Source: a virus. From it: DNA of 64,000 nt. Within the stretch, counting starts at the first letter, position 1, and every line of letters begins with the position of its first letter. This document shows, piece after piece, positions 18,140-27,951 of the stretch. A program made the position numbers and the translations under genes. Where the stretch lies: positions 1-64,000 of IMG/VR virus record IMGVR_UViG_3300037261_000082; one strand, given 5' to 3'. The notes under the pieces are model-generated. The model saw only the letters and a program-made list of their open reading frames with translations, had not been told where the DNA came from and did no database searches.

Positions 18140-18887
18140 CCTAACCTTGGTGATGATTGAGACTCGCGAGCATGAACTTGCCGCGTTAGCGGTTGAGGAT
18201 TGTCTCAAGGTTGCAGAGTTTGGTGACGTGTTGATCCTGACTGATAGGTCAACTGCGTTCCCTCGTATTGGCACTCGTATTGAAGAAGTTCCTGACTGGT
18301 CAGACAAACTCGGTTGGGCACGTTCAATGTGGTACGACGTGCCTCCATTGGTAAAGACCTCCCATATTCTAGCCATCCAATGGGACAGCTGGATTTGGGA
18401 CCCATCAGTGTGGCGTGATGAGTTCCTAAATTATGATTTTTGCGGAGCGCCGTGGTGGTATAAGGACGGCAAGAATGTTGGTAATAGTGGCTTCTGTCTT
18501 AAGAGCACGCGACTAGCCCGGTACCTTGCTAAGAACCGCGACAAGTTTCCGTGTGATTCCAGTATTGAGGATGATTTGTTGTGTCGTAAGTATCGTTCTA
18601 AGTTGGAGGACGTTGGGTTTCGCTGGGCTCCTGAGAAGGTAGCTTACGACTTCTCATTTGAGGGTTGTGGGGGTAATAAGCCCACAAAGCATTTCGGTTT
18701 TCACGCGGCCATGAATTTTGGACTTGTTCTTGATCATGACCGGCTGCTTGAACGGGCAAGGCTCATGTTCAAGTCGCTTTACATTCGAGATAGTTATATT
18801 GCGAAAGCTTTCTGTGAGAAGAATCCTGATGTTGTTAAAGAATTGTTAGATGAAGAAAACAGTCCTAAATTGAAGGAAGTGACCTAA
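18123..18887 (+). CDS. DUF5672-like glycosyltransferase-related protein
   Basis: T.H.L.IQWD; W..EFL.YD..GAPW; VGN.GF.L.S; ED; F.FE; FGFH. Confidence 0.8.
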   Translation: MLKLHNLTLVMIETREHELAALAVEDCLKVAEFGDVLILTDRSTAFPRIGTRIEEVPDWSDKLGWARSMWYDVPPLVKTSHILAIQWDSWIWDPSVWRDEFLNYDFCGAPWWYKDGKNVGNSGFCLKSTRLARYLAKNRDKFPCDSSIEDDLLCRKYRSKLEDVGFRWAPEKVAYDFSFEGCGGNKPTKHFGFHAAMNFGLVLDHDRLLERARLMFKSLYIRDSYIAKAFCEKNPDVVKELLDEENSPKLKEVT

Positions 18888-18889
18888 CA

Positions 18890-19588
18890 ATGCAGTATTA
18901 CGTTTATGAGCATTGGAGGCCAGATACTGGATTGCCCTTTTATGTTGGGAAGGGGAAAGGTGGGAGGGTTAACTGTACTCAGCGGAACAAATACTACGTT
19001 CGCGTTGTTAATAAATTGAAGCGCAACAACCTAGAAATTGAAGTTCGTAAGGTTTTCTCTGGGCTAGACGAGGAAATGGCTTTCGCTCTTGAGAAGTCCC
19101 AAATTGCATATTGGCGTGCGCGGGGCATTGCGTTGACAAATGCAACGGATGGTGGTGAGGGTATTTCTGGGTATAGATTCTCTGACGCACAAAAACAACA
19201 TATGAGCAAAGTCATAAAGGATCTTCCCCCCGAAGTTTGGGCTGTGATTAAAGCAGCTGTTAGTAAGGCTCGAAAGAATCACACCCCTTCGGATGAGACT
19301 CGTAAGCTGATGAGCATTTCGCAAACTGGGCGGAAGCACCTTGAAGAAACAAAGCAGAAGATGCGTATTAAGGCTTTGGAGCGCGAAGCTATGAGGCGCG
19401 AGTTGGGACTTGTTCAGCAAGGGCATTTAGGATTTAAGCATAGTGCAGCTACAAAACAAGAGATGCGCCTTATTGCATTGGCAAGAGGAGAGGTCAGTGC
19501 CGCTACTAAAGAAAAACTGCGTGACGCGGTTAGTAAGCGTTCCCGTGATAGTCGCGGGCGGTTACTGCCTTTAAATAACCCCTCTTGA
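18890..19588 (+). CDS. GIY-YIG-type homing endonuclease with NUMOD3 repeats
   Basis: YYVYEH...FYVGKG...LTN.TDGGEG; repeated H.EET(K/R).KM. Confidence 0.88.
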   Translation: MQYYVYEHWRPDTGLPFYVGKGKGGRVNCTQRNKYYVRVVNKLKRNNLEIEVRKVFSGLDEEMAFALEKSQIAYWRARGIALTNATDGGEGISGYRFSDAQKQHMSKVIKDLPPEVWAVIKAAVSKARKNHTPSDETRKLMSISQTGRKHLEETKQKMRIKALEREAMRRELGLVQQGHLGFKHSAATKQEMRLIALARGEVSAATKEKLRDAVSKRSRDSRGRLLPLNNPS

Positions 19589-19605
19589 ACTAAAAGGAAA
19601 ATATC

Positions 19606-20001
19606 ATGGCTAACATATCAACGTATCTTACCCGCGCGTACCTCGACTGGTGCTTGAATGGAGCTACTCCGTCGCGCCCTGGTGCGGTGTGGGCAGGCCT
19701 CGCAGCTGGTACCCCAACGTCAGTTTCTGGTTCAGAGATTGGCACGTTGACTGGCTATTCCCGTGTGACGGCCCTGTTTGGCGCTGCGGCTTCGCCTGCT
19801 GGATCAGCATCTAATACTGCGGCCATGACTTTTGGCCCGTTCTCCTCAACGGGTTCAATTCTTGGTCTGCAACTGTGGGATGGCTCGCCAGTGGCGTCGT
19901 CCGATATGCTCTGGTATGGGACGCTGCAAACCGCACGCACCATTCTGATCGGCGACTCATTGGTTGTTGCTGCTGGAGCGTTAACGATCACGCTCTCATA
20001 A
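19606..20001 (+). CDS. virion/tail-fibre-associated protein
   Basis: E....GY.R...F; G.L..ART...GD......GAL.ITL pattern. Confidence 0.75.
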   Translation: MANISTYLTRAYLDWCLNGATPSRPGAVWAGLAAGTPTSVSGSEIGTLTGYSRVTALFGAAASPAGSASNTAAMTFGPFSSTGSILGLQLWDGSPVASSDMLWYGTLQTARTILIGDSLVVAAGALTITLS

Positions 20002-20009
20002 GTCAAAAA

Positions 20010-21887
20010 ATGACGGTCGAAGTCAAAACCACTACAGGCGCTTCTACCTGGACCGTTCCTGCGGGCGTGACTTCTATACAAGTTGAGGCTATTGGCAATG
20101 GCGGCACGCCGACTATCGGCGGTGGCGCTGGTGGTGGTGCCTATGTGATGGTGGCGGCTATCCCTGTAACCCCTACCAACACAGTTTGGTTAAACATTGG
20201 TACGGCTGGGGGAACGACTCCCACTTGGTTAAATGTTGCAAGCAATGCTGCGCCAACATTAGTATCGCAAGGCGTTCTAGCCGACTACGGAAGAAATTCT
20301 GGGGGTTCAACAGGCGGCGCTGGCGGTGCTATTGCAAACTGTATTCCTACTTCCGTGGGAGGAGGCAATCTAGCGTATGCTGGAGGCACTGGTGGCGCTC
20401 GTGGAGCGTCTGGCAGTAATGGAGGTGGCGGCGGTGCTGCTGGCCCAGATGGAGCAGGACAAGTCGGTGGCGCGGGGGATGCTACTTCGGCTACTTCTGG
20501 CGGCGGAGGTGGCGGTGCAGATGGATCGTCAAGTACCGCAGGGCAAATTGGCCAAACTTTAGCTGGTGGTGCTGGTGGTCAAGGACCCGCCGGATCAGGC
20601 TCCGGTGCTGGCGCTACATCTGTGGCGACGGCCCAAGTTGGCACTGATGGCGGCGGGGGTGGCGGTGGATTTGTAACAACAAATCCTAATGGAGCCCAAG
20701 GCGGTACGCACACAATTACTGCGTGGGGATCGGGCTTCGGTCCAGGCGGTGGCGGGGGCGGTAAAGAAGGAGCGGCAAGCAATGCCGGGGGGTCCGGTGG
20801 TACTTACGGCGGTGGAGGTGGCGCTTACCTCACTTCTGTCGGCGGCCAAGGCATCATCGTTATTACTTATACTTCTAGTACGGCTTGGACGGGTTCATTT
20901 GTAGGTTCAGGCTCAGGGACTTTTACGGGAGGCGTACAAGCTTTATTAGTTGCTAGTACTTCTCTTTCGGGGGGAAGCAACTTAGCAGTTGATACTCAGG
21001 ACTTCTTAGCTGCTACAGCTACTTTTATCAGCGTTGGTAGCCTAAGTGCTACTACTAATGTTCTGGTAGCTGCTCAGACTAATTTTGTTGGTATTGGTAA
21101 TTTATCTGCAACTGCAAGTATTGTTAGTGCTACTATATTTGTTACAGCTGCTTTTGTTGGTACTGGTTCTCTAACTGTTATTACTGCAGCAACCTTACGA
21201 ACTGCTTCTGCCGCTTTTGTTGGTACTGGTTCTCTAACTGTTATTACTGCAGCAACCTTACGAACTGCGTCTGCCGCTTTTGTTGGTACAGGTCATCTAT
21301 CAATAAACACAAATGCCTTACTTGCTGGGTTGGCTGCCTTTCATGGGGTAAGCTCGCTAACTGCTAATACTAAATCTTTATTCGCTGCCATTATTGCTTT
21401 CGCGGGTACTGGAAAGCTAAGTGCCGCTGCTGTTCAAAACTCTCTTGCGGTTGTAGGTTTTGCTGGATTAGGTAATCTTTCAGCTACCCTTACGGCTATA
21501 TTCCCAATAGCATGTACCCTTAATGGTACAGGTGGATTACTAACAAGCGCCACGCTTTTGCAAGTTGGGTCTGCTGCTTTTGTGGGTGTGGGGAGTTTTG
21601 CAGTCCATGTAGGAGTAAATACAGCCATTCTCGCTGCCTTTGCAGGAGCAGGACAGTTGTCAGCTACAGCAGGCGTAATATACACTATTTTTGCGACGTT
21701 TAGTGGTGCAGGTAGTCTACTAGCCAATGTTCTTGATTTTCTGTTTAATGCCACGGCTACTTTCTCTGGGAGTAGCAAGATGTGTGCCCAAGCCATTGTT
21801 CGTTTAGGTCCAAAAGGTGTTAAAGTTAATCAATTTGTGTTTGGTTCTGGCACTGCTTTTAATCGTATTATTCAGGCTGCGAAGTAA
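20010..21887 (+). CDS. Gly-rich tail fibre-like protein with about 20-aa FxGxGxL repeats
   Basis: TWTVPAGVTSI.VE.IG.GG Gly-rich domain, then Ala/Ser/Thr repeats; ATG 20010 follows the upstream stop. Confidence 0.75.
   Translation: MTVEVKTTTGASTWTVPAGVTSIQVEAIGNGGTPTIGGGAGGGAYVMVAAIPVTPTNTVWLNIGTAGGTTPTWLNVASNAAPTLVSQGVLADYGRNSGGSTGGAGGAIANCIPTSVGGGNLAYAGGTGGARGASGSNGGGGGAAGPDGAGQVGGAGDATSATSGGGGGGADGSSSTAGQIGQTLAGGAGGQGPAGSGSGAGATSVATAQVGTDGGGGGGGFVTTNPNGAQGGTHTITAWGSGFGPGGGGGGKEGAASNAGGSGGTYGGGGGAYLTSVGGQGIIVITYTSSTAWTGSFVGSGSGTFTGGVQALLVASTSLSGGSNLAVDTQDFLAATATFISVGSLSATTNVLVAAQTNFVGIGNLSATASIVSATIFVTAAFVGTGSLTVITAATLRTASAAFVGTGSLTVITAATLRTASAAFVGTGHLSINTNALLAGLAAFHGVSSLTANTKSLFAAIIAFAGTGKLSAAAVQNSLAVVGFAGLGNLSATLTAIFPIACTLNGTGGLLTSATLLQVGSAAFVGVGSFAVHVGVNTAILAAFAGAGQLSATAGVIYTIFATFSGAGSLLANVLDFLFNATATFSGSSKMCAQAIVRLGPKGVKVNQFVFGSGTAFNRIIQAAK
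21150..21289 (+). repeat. 63-bp tandem duplication (2 copies plus a 14-bp partial)
   Basis: 21150-21212 and 21213-21275 differ at one synonymous position. Confidence 0.9.
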
Positions 21888-21890
21888 GTT

Positions 21891-22334
21891 ATGACAGTCC
21901 GGGCAGGATCATTTGTAAGTGTAGGCCAGAGTTCTCTTTCTGTTGCAGCTAATACAGCCTTAATAGCACAAACCGTTTTCTCTGGTACTGGTTCACTTTC
22001 TGCTAACGCTGCGCGACTCACAACCTTTGATCTATCAGAAGTATTTGCAGGCGTAGGTTCTCTTTCTGCTTCTGCACAGACATTTATCTACTTGAGTGAA
22101 AGATTTGCAGGTGCAGCTAGCCTTTCTGTTTATGCAACAATGAATTCGGTATCTATAGTGTTTATGGGGCAAGGAGGTCTTTCTGTTACAGATAGAGCAG
22201 TCTTATCTGCGTCAGCTAGTTTTGCAGGTAATAGTAAGATTTGTGTTTTTGCTAACGTGCTTCTTGCTACCCGTGGAGTTGTTCATAATGTTATGCGTCC
22301 CGGCTCCGGCCCAACCAATAATGTGATTGTATGA
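21891..22334 (+). CDS. FxGxGxL-repeat protein, paralog of the 20010 C-terminal part
   Basis: Same repeat; related C-termini FAGNSKIC versus FSGSSKMC. Confidence 0.7.
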   Translation: MTVRAGSFVSVGQSSLSVAANTALIAQTVFSGTGSLSANAARLTTFDLSEVFAGVGSLSASAQTFIYLSERFAGAASLSVYATMNSVSIVFMGQGGLSVTDRAVLSASASFAGNSKICVFANVLLATRGVVHNVMRPGSGPTNNVIV

Positions 22335-22723
22335 GACCACACGGAAATCATGCTAGAGTTAATCCGTCTGACCCGGCTGCTCTCGCAGTTTGTGATCGTT
22401 GTGGACGTTGGTTCAACCATAAGGATTTAGTTTGGCAGTTGGCTTGGGCCGGTACGCAAATTTATAACACCCAGGTTCTTGTTTGTACACAAGGGGACTG
22501 CTACGATACTCCTAATGAGCAACTTCGTACTATCATTCTACCCCCAGATCCACCACCTATCTTGAATGCACGTGTGCCTAACTTTGCTTACGAGGAACAG
22601 ACCATACGCATCACTGAATATAATTCACCTAAGAATCCACCCTGGGGGGCAGGACCACAAATGGCACGATGCCTACAAAATGGCACCGTCTCGCGCATTT
22701 TAGAATTCAACACGAGTAGTTAA
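22331..22723 (+). CDS. conserved tail-module protein with Cys pairs
   Basis: A.A.CDRCG...VC...C.D.P..QL...DP.P....R. Confidence 0.75.
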   Translation: MRPHGNHARVNPSDPAALAVCDRCGRWFNHKDLVWQLAWAGTQIYNTQVLVCTQGDCYDTPNEQLRTIILPPDPPPILNARVPNFAYEEQTIRITEYNSPKNPPWGAGPQMARCLQNGTVSRILEFNTSS

Positions 22724-23074
22724 ATGACCGCACCCTTTATTCCGCTTGATGGCCGCATCACGAGTTTGCAAAGTCTTCCGCTTGCCTTAACAGGGGATGA
22801 AGTTATTGAGATTGTTTCCCCTGGTAACGCAACTAATGGAAATAACTATCAGGTACTACTCAGCGTCCTTGCTGCATTCTTCTCAACGAATGTAGGGTTA
22901 CAAGCGTACACAGTGACAACGTTGCCAACTCCTTCTGCTGCAGGAGCGATGGCTTACGTTACGGATGGTGACTCTGGGCTTGCTTGGGGAGATACTGTGG
23001 TAAATACTGGGGCAGGAGCTACCCAGTACGCTGTGTGGTTTAATGGAAGCAACTGGACGGTATTTGGTAAATAA
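22724..23074 (+). CDS. small virion protein
   Basis: YTV.TLP...G.MAYVTD...FNGSNW. Confidence 0.7.
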   Translation: MTAPFIPLDGRITSLQSLPLALTGDEVIEIVSPGNATNGNNYQVLLSVLAAFFSTNVGLQAYTVTTLPTPSAAGAMAYVTDGDSGLAWGDTVVNTGAGATQYAVWFNGSNWTVFGK

Positions 23075-23076
23075 TC

Positions 23077-23787
23077 ATGGCCCTAACCTACACAACTTTT
23101 GTAACCTCGTTGGCAAACCTTTTGGTCGTACCACCAACGGACCCAAATTTTGTGCTTGTGCTCCCCAACATTATTGATGATGCTGAACAGAGAATATATC
23201 GTGAACTTGATTTGCTCTCTACCATTGTACGTGACAATTCAGGGGTGCTAACGCCTAACAGTCGCAATTTTACTTTCCCCCAGCATTTTGTTGTAAGTGA
23301 ATCAATCAATGTATTTACCCCAGTAACGGTCAACACTTATCGCAATCAGTTAATAGCGGTCTCTCGTGAGTTCCTAGATGCTGTATACCCTGATGAAATA
23401 GCAGGAGGGTGTTGTGGTCCTGCTGTGCCAGAGTACTACGCTATGATTACGGATCAGACAATCATTGTGGGGCCAGCGCCTGATGCAGCTTACACAATGG
23501 AAGTTGTGGGTACAATTAGGCCAGCGCCACTTAGCAATGCAAATCAGACTACGTATTTGACATTGTACTTGCCAGATTTATTCTTTACGGCTGCCCTCGT
23601 CTTCGGTTACGGCTATTTGAAAGATTATGGTGCTAGTACTGATGATCCGAATGCACCTGCTAATTGGGCAGCACATTATAATGCACTGAAGCAGTCAGCT
23701 GACATTGAAGAGAATCGTAAAAAGTACGCATCTCAGGCTTGGACGCCCAAATCGCCTGCTCCGCTTGCCACTCCACCCCGCACCTAG
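23077..23787 (+). CDS. second adaptor / tail tubular protein-like
   Basis: IDDAEQRIYREL; P.YYA; GPAPDAAY; TYL....PDL. Confidence 0.78.
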   Translation: MALTYTTFVTSLANLLVVPPTDPNFVLVLPNIIDDAEQRIYRELDLLSTIVRDNSGVLTPNSRNFTFPQHFVVSESINVFTPVTVNTYRNQLIAVSREFLDAVYPDEIAGGCCGPAVPEYYAMITDQTIIVGPAPDAAYTMEVVGTIRPAPLSNANQTTYLTLYLPDLFFTAALVFGYGYLKDYGASTDDPNAPANWAAHYNALKQSADIEENRKKYASQAWTPKSPAPLATPPRT

Positions 23788-23799
23788 AAGAGTTAGCCT

Positions 23800-25305
23800 A
23801 TGGCAGACCCTGTAACCAATAATTTTAGTCTCATTCAACCTACAGTTGGTGCTGACCTTAATATATGGGGAGGTGTTCTTAACAATGGTGTAGTTGCTGC
23901 TCTTGATGCTACGTTAGGGTCAAATCTAGCAGTTGCTATAACAGTGGCAGACGTCACGTTAACTGCTTCTCAGTGGCAGAATGCTATTTTTGTTGTAAGT
24001 GGTGTACTGACTGGCGCTCGGAACTTAATTCTGCCACTCTCACCTAACTCAGCTACCGTTGCGGTAGGGGGACGCTTTGTAGTTGTCAATAATACAACGG
24101 CTGCGTATAGCCTTACTGTTAAGACTGCAGCGTCTGGCTCCACGGGTGTAGTAGTTCCTCAGGGCTTTACGGCGTTACTTTATTCTGATGGCACAAATGT
24201 GGGCTATGGGAATAACAATGGCTTACCCGGCTATGCTGCAGCGTCCAATGGCAATCCTAATACACAACTTGCTGGTACGGCAGGGTCAGTGAATACCAAT
24301 GCTTCCCTGGCATTTGATTATGTCAACAACCTTCTGTACATTTGCGTAACAACAGGTAATGCTGCAGGTGCAGTCTGGGCTCAGACTAGTGTTACCATTC
24401 CTCGTGGTTTTGATACGCCTATTAACTTGGCACTGAGTGTTACCCACACGGGTGGAAATCTACTTAATGTAGCAGTTAAGACGGTAGCCGGAACTGATGC
24501 AACAGCTATAAATCCTGTTACCACTAATTTTCAGACTGTCAGTGGTGCTAACACAACTGGTGTACCAGTAACTGTTAATATCACTTCTGCATTGTCTATG
24601 ACTACCAATGCAACTGGTGCCACTCTTGGGAGTTCTAATAATACTCCCTTCCGTATCTGGTTTGCACTGTTTAATAATGCTGGTACGGTTGTCTTGGCAA
24701 TGCGGAACTTTGTTAATGCGCCGCCCACAACATTTTCACTTGCTAGTTACGGTGTCGCGTCCACAACCGCCATTGATGGCACGGCTACATCAACTGATGT
24801 TTGGTACACTCCTAACGGTACAACACTTACCAATTGTGCCTATCGCATTATTGGCTATTGTGAATACACGACAGGTTTAGCTACTGCTGGTACTTATACG
24901 AGCGACCCAAACAATACTGTTATCTTTGGTCCCGGAGTTCCAACGCCACCTTTTCAACTTGTTGGAAATCAGATTCCTGCATCCTATGGTTTCTATGGCC
25001 CGAAGGCATGGGTTACTTGGACGCAAAGCGGAACGAGCGTAACCGTGCAAAAGTCCTACAATGTGACCAGCGTAACAAGAAACTCTACAGGGTTATTTAC
25101 GATAGCCTTCACGAATGCAATGACGGACATTTATTACGTGCCTAGCGTAATGGCGCGGCGCTCAAGTGCGACTACCGGTGACATATTTCCGGTAATCAAC
25201 AAAGATACTGCACCACTAACAACTGCAGTGGCAATAACGACACTAGATTCAGGAGCCAGCGCAGTAGACCCCGTGCAGGTGTCTGTTGCGATATTCGGAA
25301 ACTAA
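23800..25305 (+). CDS. tail fibre/spike protein
   Basis: WG..LN N-terminus; C-terminal KAWV...YNV.SVT...TG.F.I.F domain. Confidence 0.75.
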   Translation: MADPVTNNFSLIQPTVGADLNIWGGVLNNGVVAALDATLGSNLAVAITVADVTLTASQWQNAIFVVSGVLTGARNLILPLSPNSATVAVGGRFVVVNNTTAAYSLTVKTAASGSTGVVVPQGFTALLYSDGTNVGYGNNNGLPGYAAASNGNPNTQLAGTAGSVNTNASLAFDYVNNLLYICVTTGNAAGAVWAQTSVTIPRGFDTPINLALSVTHTGGNLLNVAVKTVAGTDATAINPVTTNFQTVSGANTTGVPVTVNITSALSMTTNATGATLGSSNNTPFRIWFALFNNAGTVVLAMRNFVNAPPTTFSLASYGVASTTAIDGTATSTDVWYTPNGTTLTNCAYRIIGYCEYTTGLATAGTYTSDPNNTVIFGPGVPTPPFQLVGNQIPASYGFYGPKAWVTWTQSGTSVTVQKSYNVTSVTRNSTGLFTIAFTNAMTDIYYVPSVMARRSSATTGDIFPVINKDTAPLTTAVAITTLDSGASAVDPVQVSVAIFGN

Positions 25306-25308
25306 TAG

Positions 25309-27564
25309 ATGCCCTTTGGCTCAGTTCAACTAATTCCTGGAGTAAATGTTGAGCGTACGCCAACACTATTGCGCGCAGGGTTTTCGCAGAGTAGCCTCAT
25401 TCGCTTTAGAGACTCTTTAGTTCAGAAGTATGGTGGTTGGGCAAAGTTTTATGCCTTTGTAGTGTCGGGCACGCCACGTGACTTGCATGCTTGGCAGGAT
25501 TTGAATAATAACACACACTTGAGTGTAGGTACTACCACTCAGTTAGGTGTGGTGTCGTCTGGGAACTTTCTAGATATTACGCCCCAAACATTAACTTCAG
25601 ACTTTGCTCCCAATATTTCGACTACAGCGAGTAGTCCTACGGTTACAATTATCGACCCTAACATTGCAAATGTTACAGTTTATGATTCAGTTTTCTTCAA
25701 TGTTCCAGTTTCCATTGGTGGGTTGATTCTAGATGGGCTCTACCAAATTGCCTCTATTGTAGGTACTAGCTCTTACACAATAACTGCATCAGCTAATGCA
25801 ACCACAACTGAGACTAATCCTACTGTTACGAACGGGACTACTGCTTCAGGTAATAACACGTTGAACTTTGCTGCTACGCCAAGTTGGGTTGTGGCAGGAA
25901 TGGCCATTGCAGACCTAACTGCACCAACAGTTATTACCGCTGGTGCCACGGTACTTTCTGTAACTGGTACTACTGTTGTAATGTCTGCTGTTGCAGGGGG
26001 GGCAGGGGTAGGAGCAACTGACAATATTGTCTTTACTAGTTTGCCAGTTTTTACGACGGTAAGTGGCAGTTCAATTGTTTCAGTTAAGCTTATCGCTAAC
26101 GGGCAGGTTGCTGGAAATGTAGTGGTATTTCCTATCGCTACAACGGGCAATGGCATAACAATCTTAGGCAGTTATGATGTTCTTAGCATTACCGACGCAA
26201 ATACTTTTACTATCCAGGCAGGTGCCACAGCAAGTGCCTCTTCCTCCTTTGCTATGAATGGTGGAAATGCAGAACTAATTTATTACCTTGCCCTTGGTCC
26301 AGTGCAAGCAGGCGTGGGTTATGGTCTAGGGAATTTTGGGGTTGGTGCTTATGGTTTTGGTACAGGCTCAACTTCTGTTCAAGTTGGAAGCCGAATTGTT
26401 GCAACGGATTGGACCTCTGATAATTGGGGTGCCCTTTCTGTTACTAATCCTAAAGGAGGGGGTATCTATTACTGGGATCCTGCTGGTGGTTTTTCTAATG
26501 CTTCCATTGTGGCTTCCGCGCCACCACTTAACAATGGCATTTTCGTTTCTATGTCAGAGCAGATACTCGTGGCTTATGGCTCTTCAGTGCATGAAGGGTT
26601 AGGATGGCAACAAGAACCTCTTCTGGTGCAGTGGTGTGATGTTAGCAACTTCTTTCAGTGGGCTGCCACGGCAGCAACTCAAGCAGGCAATTTTGTTATT
26701 CCTATTGGCTCTGCCATTATGGCAGGTATGGCGGTGTCCAATCAGAATCTGATTTGGACTGATCTTGATCTCTGGGCCATGTCTTATATTGGACCACCAG
26801 ATGTGTTTGGTTTTAATAAAATTGGTGCTGGTATGGGAGCAGTGTCCTCCCATGCTGTACAGCAACTTCGTGGGTCTGTGTACTGGATGGGGCGCACTAA
26901 CTTCTACGGTTATTCTTCTGGTGGTGCTAATGCTATCCCCTGTTCAGTGTGGGACGCGGTATTCCAGAATCTGAATTTGAGCTTTCTTAACAATATTCGT
27001 GCTATGCCTAACACTCCGTACAATGAGGCAGGGTGGCTCTACCCCTCCGCAGCGAGCAATTCTGGTGAGTGTGATAGCTACGTTAAAATGAACATCACTG
27101 AGCCCGGTGCTCCCTGGGACTATGGCCCTATCCAGCGGTCGGCTTGGATTGATCAGACTATATTAGGCATGCCTATAGGCGCTGCACCAAATGGATTCAT
27201 TTATCAACACGAAACCACGAATGATGCTGATGGTGCCCCGCTTAACGCTAGCTTTACCACGGGTGAATTCTATCTAGCTGAAGGTGAAGATTTTGCTTTC
27301 GTTGACCAGATACTACCTGATTTTAAGTGGTCCTTATTTGCTGGAGGTGCTTCGGCGCAAATTCAGCTAACCTTTAATGTTACTAACTATCCAGGGGACA
27401 CGCCTACGTTGTACGGGCCTTACGTTGTTACTCAAGCTACTGAATATATTTCTGTGCGGTTTCGAGGACGGTTGATGAGTATCACGGTAGCGTCTGCCGA
27501 CTTGGGCAGTTTCTGGCGGTTAGGAAGTATTAAGTATCGCTTTGCTCCTTCTGGGAGGCGTTAG
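25309..27564 (+). CDS. tail nozzle / DNA-stabilisation protein (tail tubular B / P22 gp10-like)
   Basis: 751 aa; IRF...K.GGW start, WTD, YWMG..NFY, C-terminal WRLG...GRR. Confidence 0.78.
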   Translation: MPFGSVQLIPGVNVERTPTLLRAGFSQSSLIRFRDSLVQKYGGWAKFYAFVVSGTPRDLHAWQDLNNNTHLSVGTTTQLGVVSSGNFLDITPQTLTSDFAPNISTTASSPTVTIIDPNIANVTVYDSVFFNVPVSIGGLILDGLYQIASIVGTSSYTITASANATTTETNPTVTNGTTASGNNTLNFAATPSWVVAGMAIADLTAPTVITAGATVLSVTGTTVVMSAVAGGAGVGATDNIVFTSLPVFTTVSGSSIVSVKLIANGQVAGNVVVFPIATTGNGITILGSYDVLSITDANTFTIQAGATASASSSFAMNGGNAELIYYLALGPVQAGVGYGLGNFGVGAYGFGTGSTSVQVGSRIVATDWTSDNWGALSVTNPKGGGIYYWDPAGGFSNASIVASAPPLNNGIFVSMSEQILVAYGSSVHEGLGWQQEPLLVQWCDVSNFFQWAATAATQAGNFVIPIGSAIMAGMAVSNQNLIWTDLDLWAMSYIGPPDVFGFNKIGAGMGAVSSHAVQQLRGSVYWMGRTNFYGYSSGGANAIPCSVWDAVFQNLNLSFLNNIRAMPNTPYNEAGWLYPSAASNSGECDSYVKMNITEPGAPWDYGPIQRSAWIDQTILGMPIGAAPNGFIYQHETTNDADGAPLNASFTTGEFYLAEGEDFAFVDQILPDFKWSLFAGGASAQIQLTFNVTNYPGDTPTLYGPYVVTQATEYISVRFRGRLMSITVASADLGSFWRLGSIKYRFAPSGRR

Positions 27565-27567
27565 TAA

Positions 27568-27936
27568 ATGAGCATGCAAGACAATGCTTCTGCTTCTGGC
27601 CAAGGTACTGCTGGTGTTACGGATGCTGTTACTCAACTACAAGGTATTGTGCGTCAGTTATCAAATTGGGTAACGGCGTTCACAGGCCGCACGGTTTACG
27701 GGTCCTTTACGTTAACGGCAGCGGCTACAACGGTAGTGGCGGAACCATCCACAAAGTCAAATTCCTTTATTCAATTGACTCCTACAAATGCAGCAGCAGG
27801 TACACTCGTTGGGTCTGCTGCTGCATTATACGTTTCAACTAAGACAGCAGGTGCTAGCTTCACTGTGGCTACAGCTAGTGGCGGTGCGGCTGCTGGTACT
27901 GAAATGTTCTCTTACTCTCTATCAACTCCGGCATAA
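27568..27936 (+). CDS. small tail protein
   Basis: Position after the nozzle gene; Thr/Ala-rich. Confidence 0.65.
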   Translation: MSMQDNASASGQGTAGVTDAVTQLQGIVRQLSNWVTAFTGRTVYGSFTLTAAATTVVAEPSTKSNSFIQLTPTNAAAGTLVGSAAALYVSTKTAGASFTVATASGGAAAGTEMFSYSLSTPA

Positions 27937-27951
27937 GGTAGAACGAAGCAC

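Noticed and set aside
20090-20860. GG pairs in the Gly-rich fibre as part of the GG-tag system
   Set aside because: Generic poly-Gly domain without the basic/aromatic residue at -3; excluded from the count
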